Positions 42,861 through 58,048 of a stretch of 64,000 nt of DNA are shown one piece after another. A program made the translations under genes and the position numbers. The notes below the pieces were generated by a model. The model ran no database searches. It had not been told where the DNA came from and saw only the letters and a program-made list of their open reading frames with translations. The DNA comes from Macrostomum lignano (taxonomy: Eukaryota). The DNA lies in the NCBI GenBank assembly GCA_002269645.1, contig NIVC01001679.1, positions 186,001-250,000 of the forward strand. Direction: 5' to 3'. Numbering within the stretch: position 1 is the stretch's first letter; each line of letters opens with the position of its first letter.

Positions 42861-43984
42861 AGGAGTATCGACTCTGCATTGTGTGGTACATGCATACACA
42901 CGTACATATTTATAAGCATAATTTTGAAAATTTACGACTTCTAAAATCAACAGGCACTTAATTCTGCCTTTGCCGCAGAAAATCATTAGTTAGTCAGTTG
43001 CTATAGAAATAGACTTTTATTGACAAGACAACGCTACAACTGCTTGATTTTAGCTTTAGTGGATCTTCTAATTCCGCTCATCCGCACGAGATGGTTACAG
43101 CACCCTCTTCGTTTTTTTTAGGATTTTAAGCACAGCTCAGCAGCTTACACATAAAAGCTCATTTTTCCCGACCAGTAACTACTACTTGTTCTATAGTAGC
43201 ACCTATCGTATTTCCGCATATAGTTAGTTTTATTTGTATCCATTTTTCGATACCTGTATGCTTGCCATTATGTTAATGGTACACCGCGCTTTAACTACTA
43301 TAATCGGTAAAACTTTTAGTGGTAATGCGTTGCGTTTGAATTTTTGAACATAAAAATATTTGTCGTAAAGAACACTGCGAACTTTGATTTTAATTTGTTT
43401 TGTTTTAAATGTATTGCGCAGTTTACGGTACGGCGCTTATTTGCGTGAAAACAAACTTTTATTTACATGTATCTTCCACTGAGTTTATTGAAACATTTTA
43501 CTGCTTTTTTTCACGTTTCTTCTATTACAGTACAAACAAACGCAATAATTGTCTTTATAAACAATATAATTTTATTGTAGCTTATAGCTTTATCTTTACA
43601 GTAAGTTAATATCTTTTAATAAATAAGTACGGAATTTGGGACACTTGAAAACCTAAAAACTGTTTGCCTAAAAACTAAAATCTCGGAACAGTTATGGAAT
43701 TGTTATAATAAAAATATTAATACGAATCTGTTTATTTAATATTAATGACATTAAATAATTTACAGAACGGCTAAATTTAATTAAATTAAGTTTAAGAATC
43801 AAATAGTGCATATGCAGTATTTGGACTAGGGACAATACTGATCAGATAAGCGTGATGAAGTATATCAATCACTGATATTTTAGTAATTGAGATTTGTTAG
43901 AAACGAACGAATTTTGAAGAAAAATATTCACAAGTATCCTTTCACAACCAACTTCAAACACCCACTTCAAACAATCACTTACCG

Positions 43985-44200
43985 CTACAACCACCCCACT
44001 CCCAGCTACAATCACCCACTCTCAGCTACAACCACCCCACTCCCAGCTACAATCACCCACTCTCAGCTACAACCACCTCACTCCCAGCTACAACCACCCC
44101 ACTCCCAGCTACGACCACCCCACTCCCAGCTGCAACCACCCCACTGCCAACTACAACCACCCCACTCCCAGCTACAACCACCCCACTCCGTGCTACAACC
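43985..44200. repeat. 20-bp tandem repeat (CCCACTCCCAGCTACAACCA)n
   Basis: Directly visible. Confidence 0.9.
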
Positions 44201-44639
44201 ACTCACTCCATTCTTTATGAAGTGTCAGTTAAAATTCCAGTGTTCTGGTGCAGTATGAATATTTATTTTACTTTTAGGTTAGCAAATAATAAGCAGACAA
44301 ACTTGGTATTGCCTTACAATAAACAAAACATAAAGGCGAACCACCACCCGCAAATATTAAAATATTAAAATAGTAAATAAATACATTGTTATTATACTTA
44401 AACATCATCTTGGAGAGTCTTTAACGGGACGCCGTGAAATGCTCCAATTGAAAGCGCATAAAAACTCACCGTTTTAAATAAGATAAATCAGATAAATTGT
44501 TGGCAGCAAAAAATTGAGAAATTTATTGCAATGGGGTAAGAAAAATGTAAATAAAAATTAGCCACTTTTTCAATTTACTTTCGTATAAGGCAGTGCTTTG
44601 CGGGATATTGGGAACTTGGTAATTGGCTCATGTAGATCA

Positions 44640-45158
44640 GGGTAGGCTTGGTTTGTGGCCTATGTACATTGGGGGGAGACGGAGTAGGCTTGGTTTATGG
44701 CCTGTGTACAATGGGTGGAAGATGGGGTTGGGTTGGTTTGTGGCCTATGTACATTGGGTGGGAGATGGGGGCAGGCTTGGTTTGTGGCCAGTGTACATTG
44801 GGGGAAGACGGAGTAGGCTTGGTTTATGGCCTGTGTACAATGGGTGGAAGATGGGGTTGGGTTGGTTTGTGGCCTATGTACATTGGGTGGGAGATGGGGG
44901 CAGGCTTGGTTTGTGGCCAGTGTACATTGGGGGAAGACGGAGTAGGCTTGGTTTATGGCCTGTGTACAATGGGTGGAAGATGGGGTTGGGTTGGTTTGTG
45001 GCCTATGTACATTGGGGGAAGACGGAGTAGGCTTGGTTTATGGCCTGTGTACAATGGGTGGGAGATGGGGGCAGGCTTGGTTTGTGGCCAGTGTACATTG
45101 GGGGAAGACGGAGTAGGCTTGGTTTATGGCCTGCGTACAATGGATGGAAGATGGGGTT
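44640..45158. repeat. ~43-bp minisatellite with dimer/trimer higher-order structure
   Basis: The GACGGAGTAGGCTTGG variant recurs at 44678, 44807, 44936, 45021, 45107 (spacings 129, 129, 85, 86). The array resumes after the SINE at 45768-45820. Confidence 0.88.
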
Positions 45159-45767
45159 TTTTTTAGAGGCAGGGGTTGTGTGCACCCTGGCGCACTTTAA
45201 GCGACATTGGCACACAACCGGCGAGAGGCATTACTGCCCATTCCGCCGACTCCCCTGAGCAGGCATACAAGCGCGCGGATACGTACGCAGGCACACACTC
45301 ACACAGGAGTGTACAGCGGCCCTAACTTTATATTATCGTTTTTAGCTTTGAAAATTAATAACATAAATTACTGAGTTTAATGTACATTGAGGGGCATGGG
45401 GTAGGTGTACACTCGCTCCCCGATGGGGTTGTGTGCACCCTGGCGCACTTTAAGCGACATAGGCACACAACCGGCGAGAGGCATTGCTGCCCATTCCGCC
45501 GACTCCCCTGAGCAGGCATACAAGCGCGCGGATACGTACGCAGGCACACACTCACACAGGAGTGTACAGCGGCCCTAACTTTATATTATCGTTAGGCATG
45601 TACACTTCACTGTGCCTTGGGGGGTTGGCTCTTAAGGCCGTTAATTGCACGAGCAGAGCCAAGCCGAGATTCCAATTCAGCCCCAAATTAATGTGACTGC
45701 ACTTGGAATCGAGCCTGGGTCGCTGGCACACCAGAGCAGCTGCGCTACCGCTGGGCTACGGCCCCCC
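45159..45767 (-). mobile_element. chimeric tRNA-derived SINE with duplicated 3' half and an 80-bp foreign segment
   Basis: Same family as 11153-11516; TSD TGGAAGATGGGGTT at 45145-45158 and 45768-45781. The segment at 45341-45420 is nearly identical to 46456-46530. Confidence 0.85.
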
Positions 45768-45913
45768 TGGAAGATGGGGTTGGGTTGGTTTGTGGCCTAT
45801 TTACATTGGGCGGGAGATGGGTAGGCTAAAAGAATAGCAGGCATGCAAAAGAATATAATATTGGTTAGTCAGCGCGCGGATCTTATCAGCACAAATTGCA
45901 AGCAAAGAGTTAA

Positions 45914-48253
<2,340 letters not shown>

Positions 48254-48319
48254 TTTCTTTGAGCATGCAATATAATAAAAGGTGGAAAAGAAAAGTTAAT
48301 ACTGAATGGTAAAATTCAT

Positions 48320-48810
48320 CGATTGTTTAATAGGGTACCCATATCCTGAAGCAGTTTGCCACAGCCTGAAGCAGATTCCCATATCCTGAAGTAGTTTCCC
48401 ACAGCCTGAAGCAGATTCCCACATCCTGAAGCAGATTCCCATATCCTGAAGTAGTTTCCCACAGCCTGAAGCATATTCACATATCCTGAAGCAGATTCCC
48501 ATATCCTGAAGTAGTTTCCCATATCCTGAAGTAGTTTCCCACAGCCTGAAGCATATTCACATATCCTGAAGCAGATTCCCATATCCTGAAGCAGATTCAC
48601 ATATCCTGAAGCAGATTCCCATATCCTGAAGCAGATTCCCATATCCTGAAGCAGATTCCCATATCCTGAAGCAGATTCTCATATCCTGAAGCAGTTTCCC
48701 ATACCCCGAAGCAGCTTCCCATATCGTGAAGTAGTTTCCCACATCCTGAAGCAGATTTTCATATCCTGAAGCAGATTCTCATATCCTGAAGCAGTTTCCC
48801 ATACTCTGAG
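48320..48810. repeat. 20-bp tandem repeat (ATATCCTGAAGCAGATTCCC)n
   Basis: Directly visible between MFSD1 and SLC37A3. Confidence 0.92.
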
Positions 48811-49485
48811 GTAGTTGTTGGATGTACTGAAGTGGCTGCCCATATTCTGAAGCGGGCGTCTAGGCCCTGAAGTGTTTGCTGACACCCTGAAGTGTACTCT
48901 CATGTCCTGAATTGGGTGCCCATACCCCCAAATCCTGAAATTCCTAAATAAAGTCTTGAATCAGTGAAATAAACAAAACACAGAAGCCCAGCATTAAAAC
49001 CTGATAAATTTGGTGAATTTTCAAATATATAAATCAAGCACCATTGTAACGCATAAAACAGCATTAATAAATGAATTTTAGAATAAAAAAGTTACTCGGA
49101 TTATGTATTGCACAAATTGTATAATCGAAAGACCCGAAACACGGTCAAAAGTGGACGTCATGGAAAATTTTGAAATCAATTATCAATTTAAAAATACTGT
49201 CGTTAATAGAAAATAAAAAGAGAAAAAATAACTGAAGAAAATAATATTCGGAACTAATCATAAAGTTGCACCTATACAGTAACGCTTGACAACAGGTTGT
49301 TTACCTTGGATACTAAGGATTTCAAATTTTATATATTTATTTTCGAATGAAAATCCGGAAATTCTCTTATTTTTTTTCAACTCCAAACCTGTTAATCAAG
49401 GGAGCAATAAGAGTACATTTACCGTTTAAATCGCGTAATTAAAGACAAATAAGTGTCTCAATTTAATCCTGCGCGATCGCAGATT

Positions 49486-52400
49486 TTAAGCCTCATCAGC
49501 AGCTTTCGCTGCAGCTTCTGTAGCCTGCTTGGCAAGCTCGGCGTCCTTGCGCCTGGAGCTGGCAGACTTGTTGAGCTCCCCGCCAAGCTTAGATATGTCC
49601 CACAGGTACAGAACGGCGCAGAATATCAGAGCTAGGCAGAGCCAGGCTAGAAAGAACACTTCGAGAATGAGATAACCTTTGGAGTCAACGATAAGACCGG
49701 ATACCTGGTTGAAACGATATTTTAGGGTGTAATTTCAGTTATTTGTTTTCAAGTCGTTTAGAAAATCCAATAAGACAGCAGCCCCAATATACAATTGTCG
49801 GGTAAGGGGGGGGGGGTAGCAGCCCCAATTGTACAACTGTCGGGTAATGGAGGTAGCAGCCCCAAAAAACACTGTCGGGTAAGGGGGCGGGGGGTTAGCA
49901 GCCCCAATAAAACACTGTCGGGTAAGGGGGCGGGGGGTTAGCAGCCCCAATAAAACACTGTCGGGTAAGGGGGCGGGGGGTTAGCAGCCCCAATAAAACA
50001 CTGTCGGGTAAGGGGGCGGGGGGTTAGCAGCCCCAATAAAACACTGTCGGGTAAGGGGGCGGGGGGTTAGCAGCCCCAATAAAACACTGAGGGGGTGAGG
50101 GGTTAGCAGACCCAATAAAACACTGAGGGGGTGAGGGGTTAGCAGATACAATAAAACACTGAGGGGGTGAGGGGTTAGCAGACCCAATAAAAACTGGGGG
50201 GGGGGGTGAGGGGTTAGCAGACCCAATAAAACACTGATGGGGTGAGGGGTTAGCAGATACAATAAAACACTGAGGGGGTGAGGGGTTAGCAGACCCAATA
50301 AAAACTGGGGGGTGAGGGGTTAGCAGACCCAATAAAACACTGAGGGGGTGAGGGGTTAGCAGACCCAATAAAAACTGGGGGGTGAGGGGTTAGCAGATCC
50401 AATAAAACACTGAGGGGTGAGGGGTTAGCAGATACAATAAAACACTGAGGGGGTGAGGGGTTAGCAGACCCAATAAAAACTGGGGGGTGAGGGGTTAGCA
50501 GACCCAATAAAACACTGAGGGGGTGAGGGGTTAGCAGATCCAATAAAACACTGAGGGGGTGAGGGGTTAGCAGATCCAATAAAACACTGAGGGGGTGAGG
50601 GGTTAGCAGATCCAATAAAAACTGGGGGGTGAGGGGTTAGCAGACCCAATAAAACACTGAGGGGTGAGGGGTTAGCAGATCCAATAAAACACTGAGGGGG
50701 TGAGGGGTTAGCAGACCCAATAAAAACTGGGGGGTGAGGGGTTAGCAGACCCAATAAAACACTGAGGGGGTGAGGGGTTAGCAGATACAATAAAACACTG
50801 AGGGGGTGAGGGGTTAGCAGACCCAATAAAACACTGGAGTTTAATTGAAAACAAAACTAGACTAACCTGGTTAATAACAGCCAATCCAAGATTCTGAATA
50901 CTCTGCATAATTCCGTATGCTGTGCCAAGCATATGATTGGGCAGACAATAGGACACCAACGGCCACAATGAGGCTGCTAAGATAGAATAGCTAACGCCAA
51001 GCCAAATCATGATGCCGTAGGGGCTCAGATTGAATGTGAAAGCCAAACAAGCGTGACAGCCCATAGTCATGAGGCTGCCCAGCATCACCCACATGATGTT
51101 GCGACCAGTTCTATCGATGAGGAAGCCACAGACGGGACTGGAAATTGCGCTGACAATATACGGCAAACTGTTCACTGCGTCGGCTTCATTCGGGTTGAAA
51201 TTGAATTTGCGCTCGAAAAATACCTGGCCAAGGCTGATGAAGGGGAACACGCTGACGTAATAAGCTACACAGATCCCGCACAGAAGCCACACGGCTGCTG
51301 GGAACCGAATGATGTCCGATAGCTGGATTTTCTCACCTGAGATTTGCACGGGCGGAGGGTTATAGGCGATTCTTAAGGTGCTTTATGGGCGATTCTTAAG
51401 GTGGTTTATGGGCGATTCTTGAGGCGGTTTATGGGCGATTCTTGAGGCGGTTTATGGGCGATTCTTAAGGTGGTTTATATGCGATTATTAAGGTGGTTTA
51501 TGGGGATTCTAAAGGCGGTTTATGGGCGATTCTTAAGGTGGCTTATGGGCGATTCTTAAGGCGGTTTATGGGCGATTCTTACTCTCAGGGTTGTTTATGG
51601 TTGATTCTTAAGGTGGTTTATGGGCGATTTTAAAGGTGGTTCATAGGCGATGGTCTGTAATAAGACCATGTAATAATAAGATGGTCTGTAAGCAAGCTAC
51701 AATCTCAGTGATGTATTTTTCCCCGTTAGTAAAGTCAGTTTTCAAGATTTTCTAATAAACAAAGTAATTAAGACATTCTCAGAAAAGCGCTAAAACACAA
51801 TTTCTTAAACGAGAAGGTGAAAAATAATTTATCTATTGATGAAAAGAGATGATGCAACTCACTCACCTGTGCTTCCAGCATCCGCTCCAAGCAGCCTCTT
51901 GGCCCTCCTATCAATATAGGCCAGTATAAAAGCGCAGCCCAGCGACAAGATGCAGCTGAACGCAGCCAGGAACAAAGCCGCGCCCAGCTGTTGCCAGGGC
52001 TGGGAGAAGCGGCCATCAAGAGAGTGATAAATTGGCTGCATGACGTTCATATTCACTGTGCTGCCGATGCGAGACATGCTGAGCTGGATGCCGAACACCA
52101 TGTTGAGCTCGTGACCGCGGAACCACGATGTAGCATAGGTGTTCTGGGCCACGGCCAGGCTCTCGCCTCCGATGCCGAATAGGAATCTGGCCGCGTCCAT
52201 CAGCCACACCTGGGCAGGTGGGGGGGGGGGGGTTTGGGATATTTAATTACCGGGGCGATTCTTTAGAGATATTCTATTACCGGGGCGATTATTTAGGGAT
52301 ATTCTATTACCGGGGCGATTATTTAGGGATATTCTATTATAGGGGCGATTATTTAGGGATATTCTATTACAGGGCGATTCTTTAGGGAAATTCTATTACA

Positions 52401-53976
52401 GGGCGATTCTTTAGGGAAATTCTATTACAGGGCGATTCTTTAGGGAAATTCTATTACAGGGCGATTCTTTAGGGAAATTCTATTACAGGGCGATTCTTTA
52501 GGGAAATTCTATTACAGGGCGATTCTTTAGGGAAATTCTATTACAGGGCGATTCTTCAGGGAAATTCTATTACAGGGCGATTCTTTAGGGAAATTCTATT
52601 ACAGGGCGATTCTTTAGGGAAATTCTATTACAGGGCGATTCTTTAGGGAAATTCTATTACAGGGCGATTCTTTAGGGAAATTCTATTACAGGGCGATTCT
52701 TTAGGGAAATTCTATTACAGGGCGATTCTTTAGGGAAATTCTATTACAGGGCGATTCTTTAGGGAAATTCTATTACAGGGCGATTCTTTAGGGAAATTCT
52801 ATTACAGGGCGATTCTTTAGGGAAATTCTATTACAGGGCGATTCTTTAGGGAAATTCTATTACAGGGCGATTCTTTAGGGAAATTCTATTACAGGGCGAT
52901 TCTTTAGGGATATTCTATTACAGGGCGATTCTTTAGGGATATTCTATTACAGGGCGATTAGAGTAATAGAGTATCCCTATTACTACGACGACGACCTAAT
53001 TTACGACGACCTAGCGAGACGGCGCAGCAAGGCCTGGGCTGCCTTCCAATCTGTGCGGGCGGTGCTGCTCTCCGAGGCCCTGTCCGACGGCGCCAGGTCC
53101 CAGCTGTTCCAGGCGGTTGTTGAGACCGCCCTGCTGTACAATGCTGAGACCTGGACGCTGACCGGGGCGCTTGAGGCGCAGCTCGACGCGGCACATGCGG
53201 CCCTAGTCCGCGCCACTTTCGGCGCCCGCCGCGGCCCTGGTAGCGAGACAACCGAGTCCCTGTACAAGCGCACAGGCCTGACGCGGCCTTCTGCCCTGCT
53301 GAGACAGCGGCGCCTGCGGCTGGCCGGACATGTCATCCGGGCCGAAGCTTACTGCCCAGAGCCGCTGCAGGACGTCCTGTTGTGGACACCGCAGGGACCG
53401 CGCAGGCGTGGCCAGGGACGATCAGCCCGCTACGTCGACCGCCTTTTTGAAGATGCGCGAGCACCCAGCCAGGCGGCCGGTGTGAAGCACATTAGAGACC
53501 TAGCTCTGAAACGCGCGATTGACGCTCCCCCTTTTGGCCACTTCTGTGGCTGGCGTGGGGCGTAACTATTATTATTATTATTATTTTTGTTATTACAGGG
53601 GCGATTATTTAGGGATAATTTATTACAGGGGCGACTTCTAAAAAAACCAGAATTCTCACCTTATTAATAAAAGCGCCAAAGGCGAACAGCAACTGACCAA
53701 CCAGACAAAACGATGAGAAAATAATTGCTCCAAGGCGAATACCAAACAGCCTGTCAATCAGGTAGCCACCAATCATTGACAGCACAACATTCGGCCAAGA
53801 ATACCAGGCGTAGAAGGACGAGTACTGGGCGGTGGTCAGGCTTAAGTCTTCTGTCATGACGTCTTGCAGAGCGCTTGGATTATCGTAGCAGAAATACGAG
53901 CCAAATGACAGGAAGCACATGAAGGACAAGGCGAGATAGCGGTGCAGCGCCGACCGAGGGTTGCAGGCAGCGCAGC
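49486..53976 (-). CDS. MFSD1: MFSD1 lysosomal MFS transporter; exons 53976-53660, 52209-51867, 51336-50867, 49704-49486; first (ATG) exon not identified
   Basis: MCFLSFGSYFCYDNPSALQ, YAWYSWPNVVL..GGYLIDRLFGIR, FGIGGESLAVAQNTYATSWFRGHELNMVFGIQLS..RIGSTVNMN, GTAYGIMQSIQNLGLAV, DSKGYLILEVFF match MFSD1 as recalled. Phases 0/1/0 are consistent. Confidence 0.9.
49830..50835. repeat. 36-43-bp tandem repeat (GGGGTTAGCAGACCCAATAAAACACTG core) in an MFSD1 intron
   Basis: Directly visible; the unit changes from ~43 bp (left) to ~36 bp (right). Confidence 0.93.
51360..51650. repeat. 23-bp tandem repeat (TTTATGGGCGATTCTTAAGGTGG)n
   Basis: Directly visible in an MFSD1 intron. Confidence 0.9.
52240..52958. 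repeat. 29-bp tandem repeat (GGGCGATTCTTTAGGGAAATTCTATTACA)n
   Basis: Directly visible; degenerate units continue after the LINE insertion at ~53590-53640. Confidence 0.94.
52959..53590 (+). mobile_element. 5'-truncated RTE-like LINE 3' end with (TAT)n tail
   Basis: DLARRRSKAWAAFQSV...SQLFQAVVETALLYNAETWTL...RRLRLAGHVIR...RRRGQGR, then TAACTATTATTATTATT. Flanked by TATTACAGGG(G)CGATTA on both sides; this could be a TSD or simply array units. Confidence 0.82.
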
Positions 53977-56584
53977 CTGAATCAACAATTTCAATGGAAT
54001 CAGTTTTGATGGCACAATTTGAAAACAATAAATAATATGAAGTGGTGGGTGCAAAAAAACCTGATCATTACAAGTTGCTAACTATAATGGTATTGATTAT
54101 TGGTTGACTTAATTAATTGAGACAATTCTAATATTTATGATTAGTTTTATAGCTCCTTTTATCTATCCATTGTTATCTTGAAACAATCCATAGTTACCAC
54201 TAAATCATACCATTTTTCTTAATACCTTATCCCTTAGTCAACCTAAATTTGGGATAAAAAAGTAAATTTTTGTAACACCTTCCTTACTATCTTTAGCCAT
54301 GTGTAGCAACTATTGAAGTGATTCAAAACATTTGGTAATCTTTACCACAAAATCCTATGTTTAGCAACCATTGAAGTGATTCAAAACATTTGGTATTGGT
54401 ATCCTATTTTGCTAATAAAAATATTTTTCTAAATTTCAAATTTTATTTGCATCAACTTGTACAAAAAGCTAGAATCTAGAATAAGTAACTGTATCAATAT
54501 TCTAAGTTTTCTAATTTTATAGCTGTTAAAAGAACAAAATACAAAAATCATATAAATAAAAAAGTAACTACTATTAGCTTGGTTATTTGGTTATACAATA
54601 ATAAATATAATCTAAAATTTGGTTGCTTTATAATTATAGTAAAGAAGATAGTATAGCAAATGAAAATGTCTAAAAGCCACAGCAATAAGCCTAGGCATCT
54701 TAAGGCTTATTTACATTGCTATCAAACAAGCTGCCAAAACATAAACAATTTAAGCATAGTTCCAGTTTACTGCATTAAACTATTTCGCCCTCTATTCAAA
54801 GGTAGGGGGGGGGGTTGGAATATAATGAAGTAAACTAGAACCCTGCCACAATTTAAGCGCTTACAAAGGAATCAAATATGATATACAAATTGGGTGATCA
54901 CATAAAATTTGGTCTTATTTGATAGCATTATAAGTAAATATTTAATTTCTAAGTATTATTTTTAATTATTATTATTAGATAATCATTACTAAATAATTAC
55001 TGATTTAATTATTATTTATTAAAATATATAACTAATAAATATACAAATTCAAAAGCTTAAATCTTAGATTTTTACTTTTTTAGCATTCTTTTGTAATTTA
55101 TATCATGCACTCAAAGACTCAATTAGGCTCATGCACTTAATTTAATAATTAATCTAGCAAAAGCTTTTAGGCCTATAAAAATTAGAAAATGAGATTTTTA
55201 TATATTTAGTTCAAGAAGTTGTGAAAAAATAAAGCTAAAATCTTGACTTGATTAAATTAAAGAAGTATTTTTAGTTACTTAGGAAACTTTTTAGTCTATA
55301 AGTATTGTGGCTCTAGATTTTGTTCAACAGATAAAAATATTGGCTATGCCACTGAAAACGTTGATTAAAGGCAGATATAATTTTGAAGATTTTTATTAAC
55401 ACACTGCTTGGAAATAATGGAGGAAGAATTAGGCCTAGTAAGGGATAATTGAGTAGTAAATGCAGCATTGTATTGTCAATAAGTCGAAAATGTAGATATT
55501 TATTTACCTTGGTACTCAACTTCATTGTTATGGTCCCCAGTTGGTGCATTTAGGGCAGGAGACTGATTGCTTAAAAGAGGACTTGTTTCCTCTGCACTAT
55601 CCATGACAGGCTAAACTTTTGCAAAGTTACAAGCTACTAGGGTAGGGTCTAATCTAATTAAATACTTAGCTCTGCTGGTTACTAGTATGGGCCTAAAAAC
55701 TCCGTCTAGTCTAGGTCGACAACTGCCAAGAAAATGATGTTTGTGTTTATTACTAAAAACGATAAAGTTAAAAATTTGCAGTACTAACAAGAGCCATTTG
55801 ATCTACTTTATTTTAACTGAAACTTGCGTGAATAAAACTTAGTTTGATAAACAATATAATACTAAAGTTGAAGTCTAACAAACGCCAAAGAAAAATCATT
55901 TTAAGTTTTGATAAACTGATTAACGGATTAGTTTAATATTAAATAGGCTGTCTTAGAATAAAAAGCACTACGTTTTTGAGATCGAGATTCGCTGAATTTT
56001 TGCGCATATATTGATAATGCAGGTGCTACAGAGCAGTGCTTTATTCTGAAAACAATGCTTAAAAACCATATGCAGATTGGCTTTCTCTTCAAAACATTAA
56101 ACGGTGTTTGTTCTGCGCAGTTACACTAGCTGTAATCAGCATGTTTTACTTTTTTGTGGTGGCAAATAATTGCTTCGACTTTGTGCTGAGGCCCGGCCTG
56201 AAACGCTAAATGTGCTACTCCGCCGTTGTACATGACCGATGCCTCTGATCATTCAGAGCTGGAAATTATACACTGATGTACATGTATATTTCTAGCGCCT
56301 GTACATTTTATTATTGCATGAATATCATATGTATGATGTATAGCTACATCCATCCTGGCCGCGGCCCCCACTAATTTTTGCGTGCCCTCCCAATTCTTCC
56401 CCTGTGATTCTTGCGCCCCTGTGATGACTCACCCCACTTCCCGCGCACCAGCCCAACTCAATTCTATTTTATAAATAATTCATGAGTGTAACGGTTTCTG
56501 ATCCCTTATCTTCCCAAGCTTCTTCCTGCCTGTTACATAATCCCCCATTATAAATTATTTTTCTCGCTGCGCACCTCAATTTCT

Positions 56585-56712
56585 CGTCCAATCACAGCGC
56601 GGCTGACGTGGGTGACGTCAAAGTGGCTGTTGGTAATTGAGGTCAAGGACAAGTCACGCCCTTCAATATTACGTGATTGCATGACGCATAATCTCATCAG
56701 GGCTATAAATAA
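56585..56712 (+). promoter_or_regulatory. promoter-like cluster: CCAAT, TGACGTCA (CRE), TATAAA
   Basis: CCAATC ~56588, TGACGTCA ~56613 and CTATAAAT ~56703 lie in canonical order. No downstream gene was identified. Confidence 0.35.
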
Positions 56713-57680
56713 AATACTGTTTCGCACCAAACCGTTTCCGACCCATATTCTCCCTGCCGCGTTTCCAGCTTACGCGGAGCTGCAACAATTCCGTTCGGAG
56801 CTGCAACAATTCCGTTCGGAGCTGCAACAATTCCGTTCGGAGCCTCCTTCTCCCTTTTGGTGCGGATCGGAGCTGTAACGTCCTTGACTGCAGCCGCCGC
56901 CGTGACTATCCGACGACCACCGTGCCAACAAGAAGTCCTGACCTGCCCGTGGGCCACGTCTATAAGGTACTACATTTGTATTTCTTTCTCTGTTGCGCTG
57001 CCCTTGTTGAGTATAAGCAGCCCGCGGTCTCCCCCTCCCGGGCCATTGCTCATCTTCTAATTTTTCATTCTTAACTTATTAAGTCCGTTTTAATAATTAA
57101 CTGAATGATTTAGGTCAAGTTTAGGGCCAGTATAAAATCAGGGCATTACAACTATAGTGTATTCAAATGTTTACTATGAAATGTGAGTAGTGATCGTGCA
57201 TGGCAATGGGCATGGAATAGAAGCTGAGGGTCAGAGGGAAAGATTATCGAGTATGAGCCGAATTTAACCAAATAATCATACATGTAGCATGAGTGACAGT
57301 ACTTCTAAATAAGTCCCAGTAGGATGTGCCGCACGAGAGAGCCCTGGGACCTGCACTTTAATTCCCATCCCCTGCTGCATCGAACCCATCTAGGAGAAAA
57401 GCATAATTAGATGGCGTTATCTTTATATCCACCCTTGGAATCCTGGGGCTTATTAGGAGGATATTGTAGTCTCACCAGTTTAAAGATCCCCCTATGCAAA
57501 AGCACTGAATAACTAGACTGTCTCTGTGTGCCTCGCATAGAGTTCCTCAATCGGCCACTTTGTTCTGTTGTTGAATTAACGAACGCAGAAACAAGATAGA
57601 TAATTATCCGGGCGCTCAGTGGCACCAAAAGAGGGCTTGGCCAATAGGAGGGCGGCTCGTATATTTATGCACGCGGGGAA

Positions 57681-57757
57681 GGAAAGTTCTAGAAAGACCG
57701 GGGAAGGAAACTTCTGGAACTATGCGTAAACAAGTCCGCGGTGGAAGTTTCTAGAAA
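57681..57757. promoter_or_regulatory. cluster of three perfect heat-shock elements
   Basis: GAAagTTCtaGAA (57682-57694), GAAacTTCtgGAA (57707-57719), GAAgtTTCtaGAA (57744-57756). Adjacent TATA-like CATAAATATA on the minus strand (57660-57669), GGGCGG and CCAAT at 57641-57655. Confidence 0.7.
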
Positions 57758-58048
57758 CGCTGTCCCCGAACTACCCCTACGCATCGCATGCCTTTGCAAT
57801 ACACAACACACTTCTAGTACAGTTAAGGTCAAGAACCTTCGGCTGTTACAGACCGCGCGGGAGTCCTGTCTCGTTAGTGAGACTTTTTACCGGGTGCACT
57901 CCTGCACAGGTGACTGGTGGCGGTTGCGCCTCTGGCAGCGTGTGTATTCAAACAATTGCCAGGCCCGCTGTCTAGATAATAGGGATCTTGGCCGCAAGAG
58001 AAGTTCAGCTACCGCACCAGCCAGAGACCGACGTAATCTAGGGGTTAC

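Noticed and set aside
53977-54028. ORF-track N-terminus of MFSD1 (MFSNCAIK...)
   Set aside because: Begins at TTG in AT-rich sequence upstream of a TTCAG acceptor; probably intronic.
56070-56210. Signal-anchor-like peptide (IKRCLFCAVTLAVISMFYFFVV)
   Set aside because: No in-frame ATG before the hydrophobic stretch, and a stop follows shortly.
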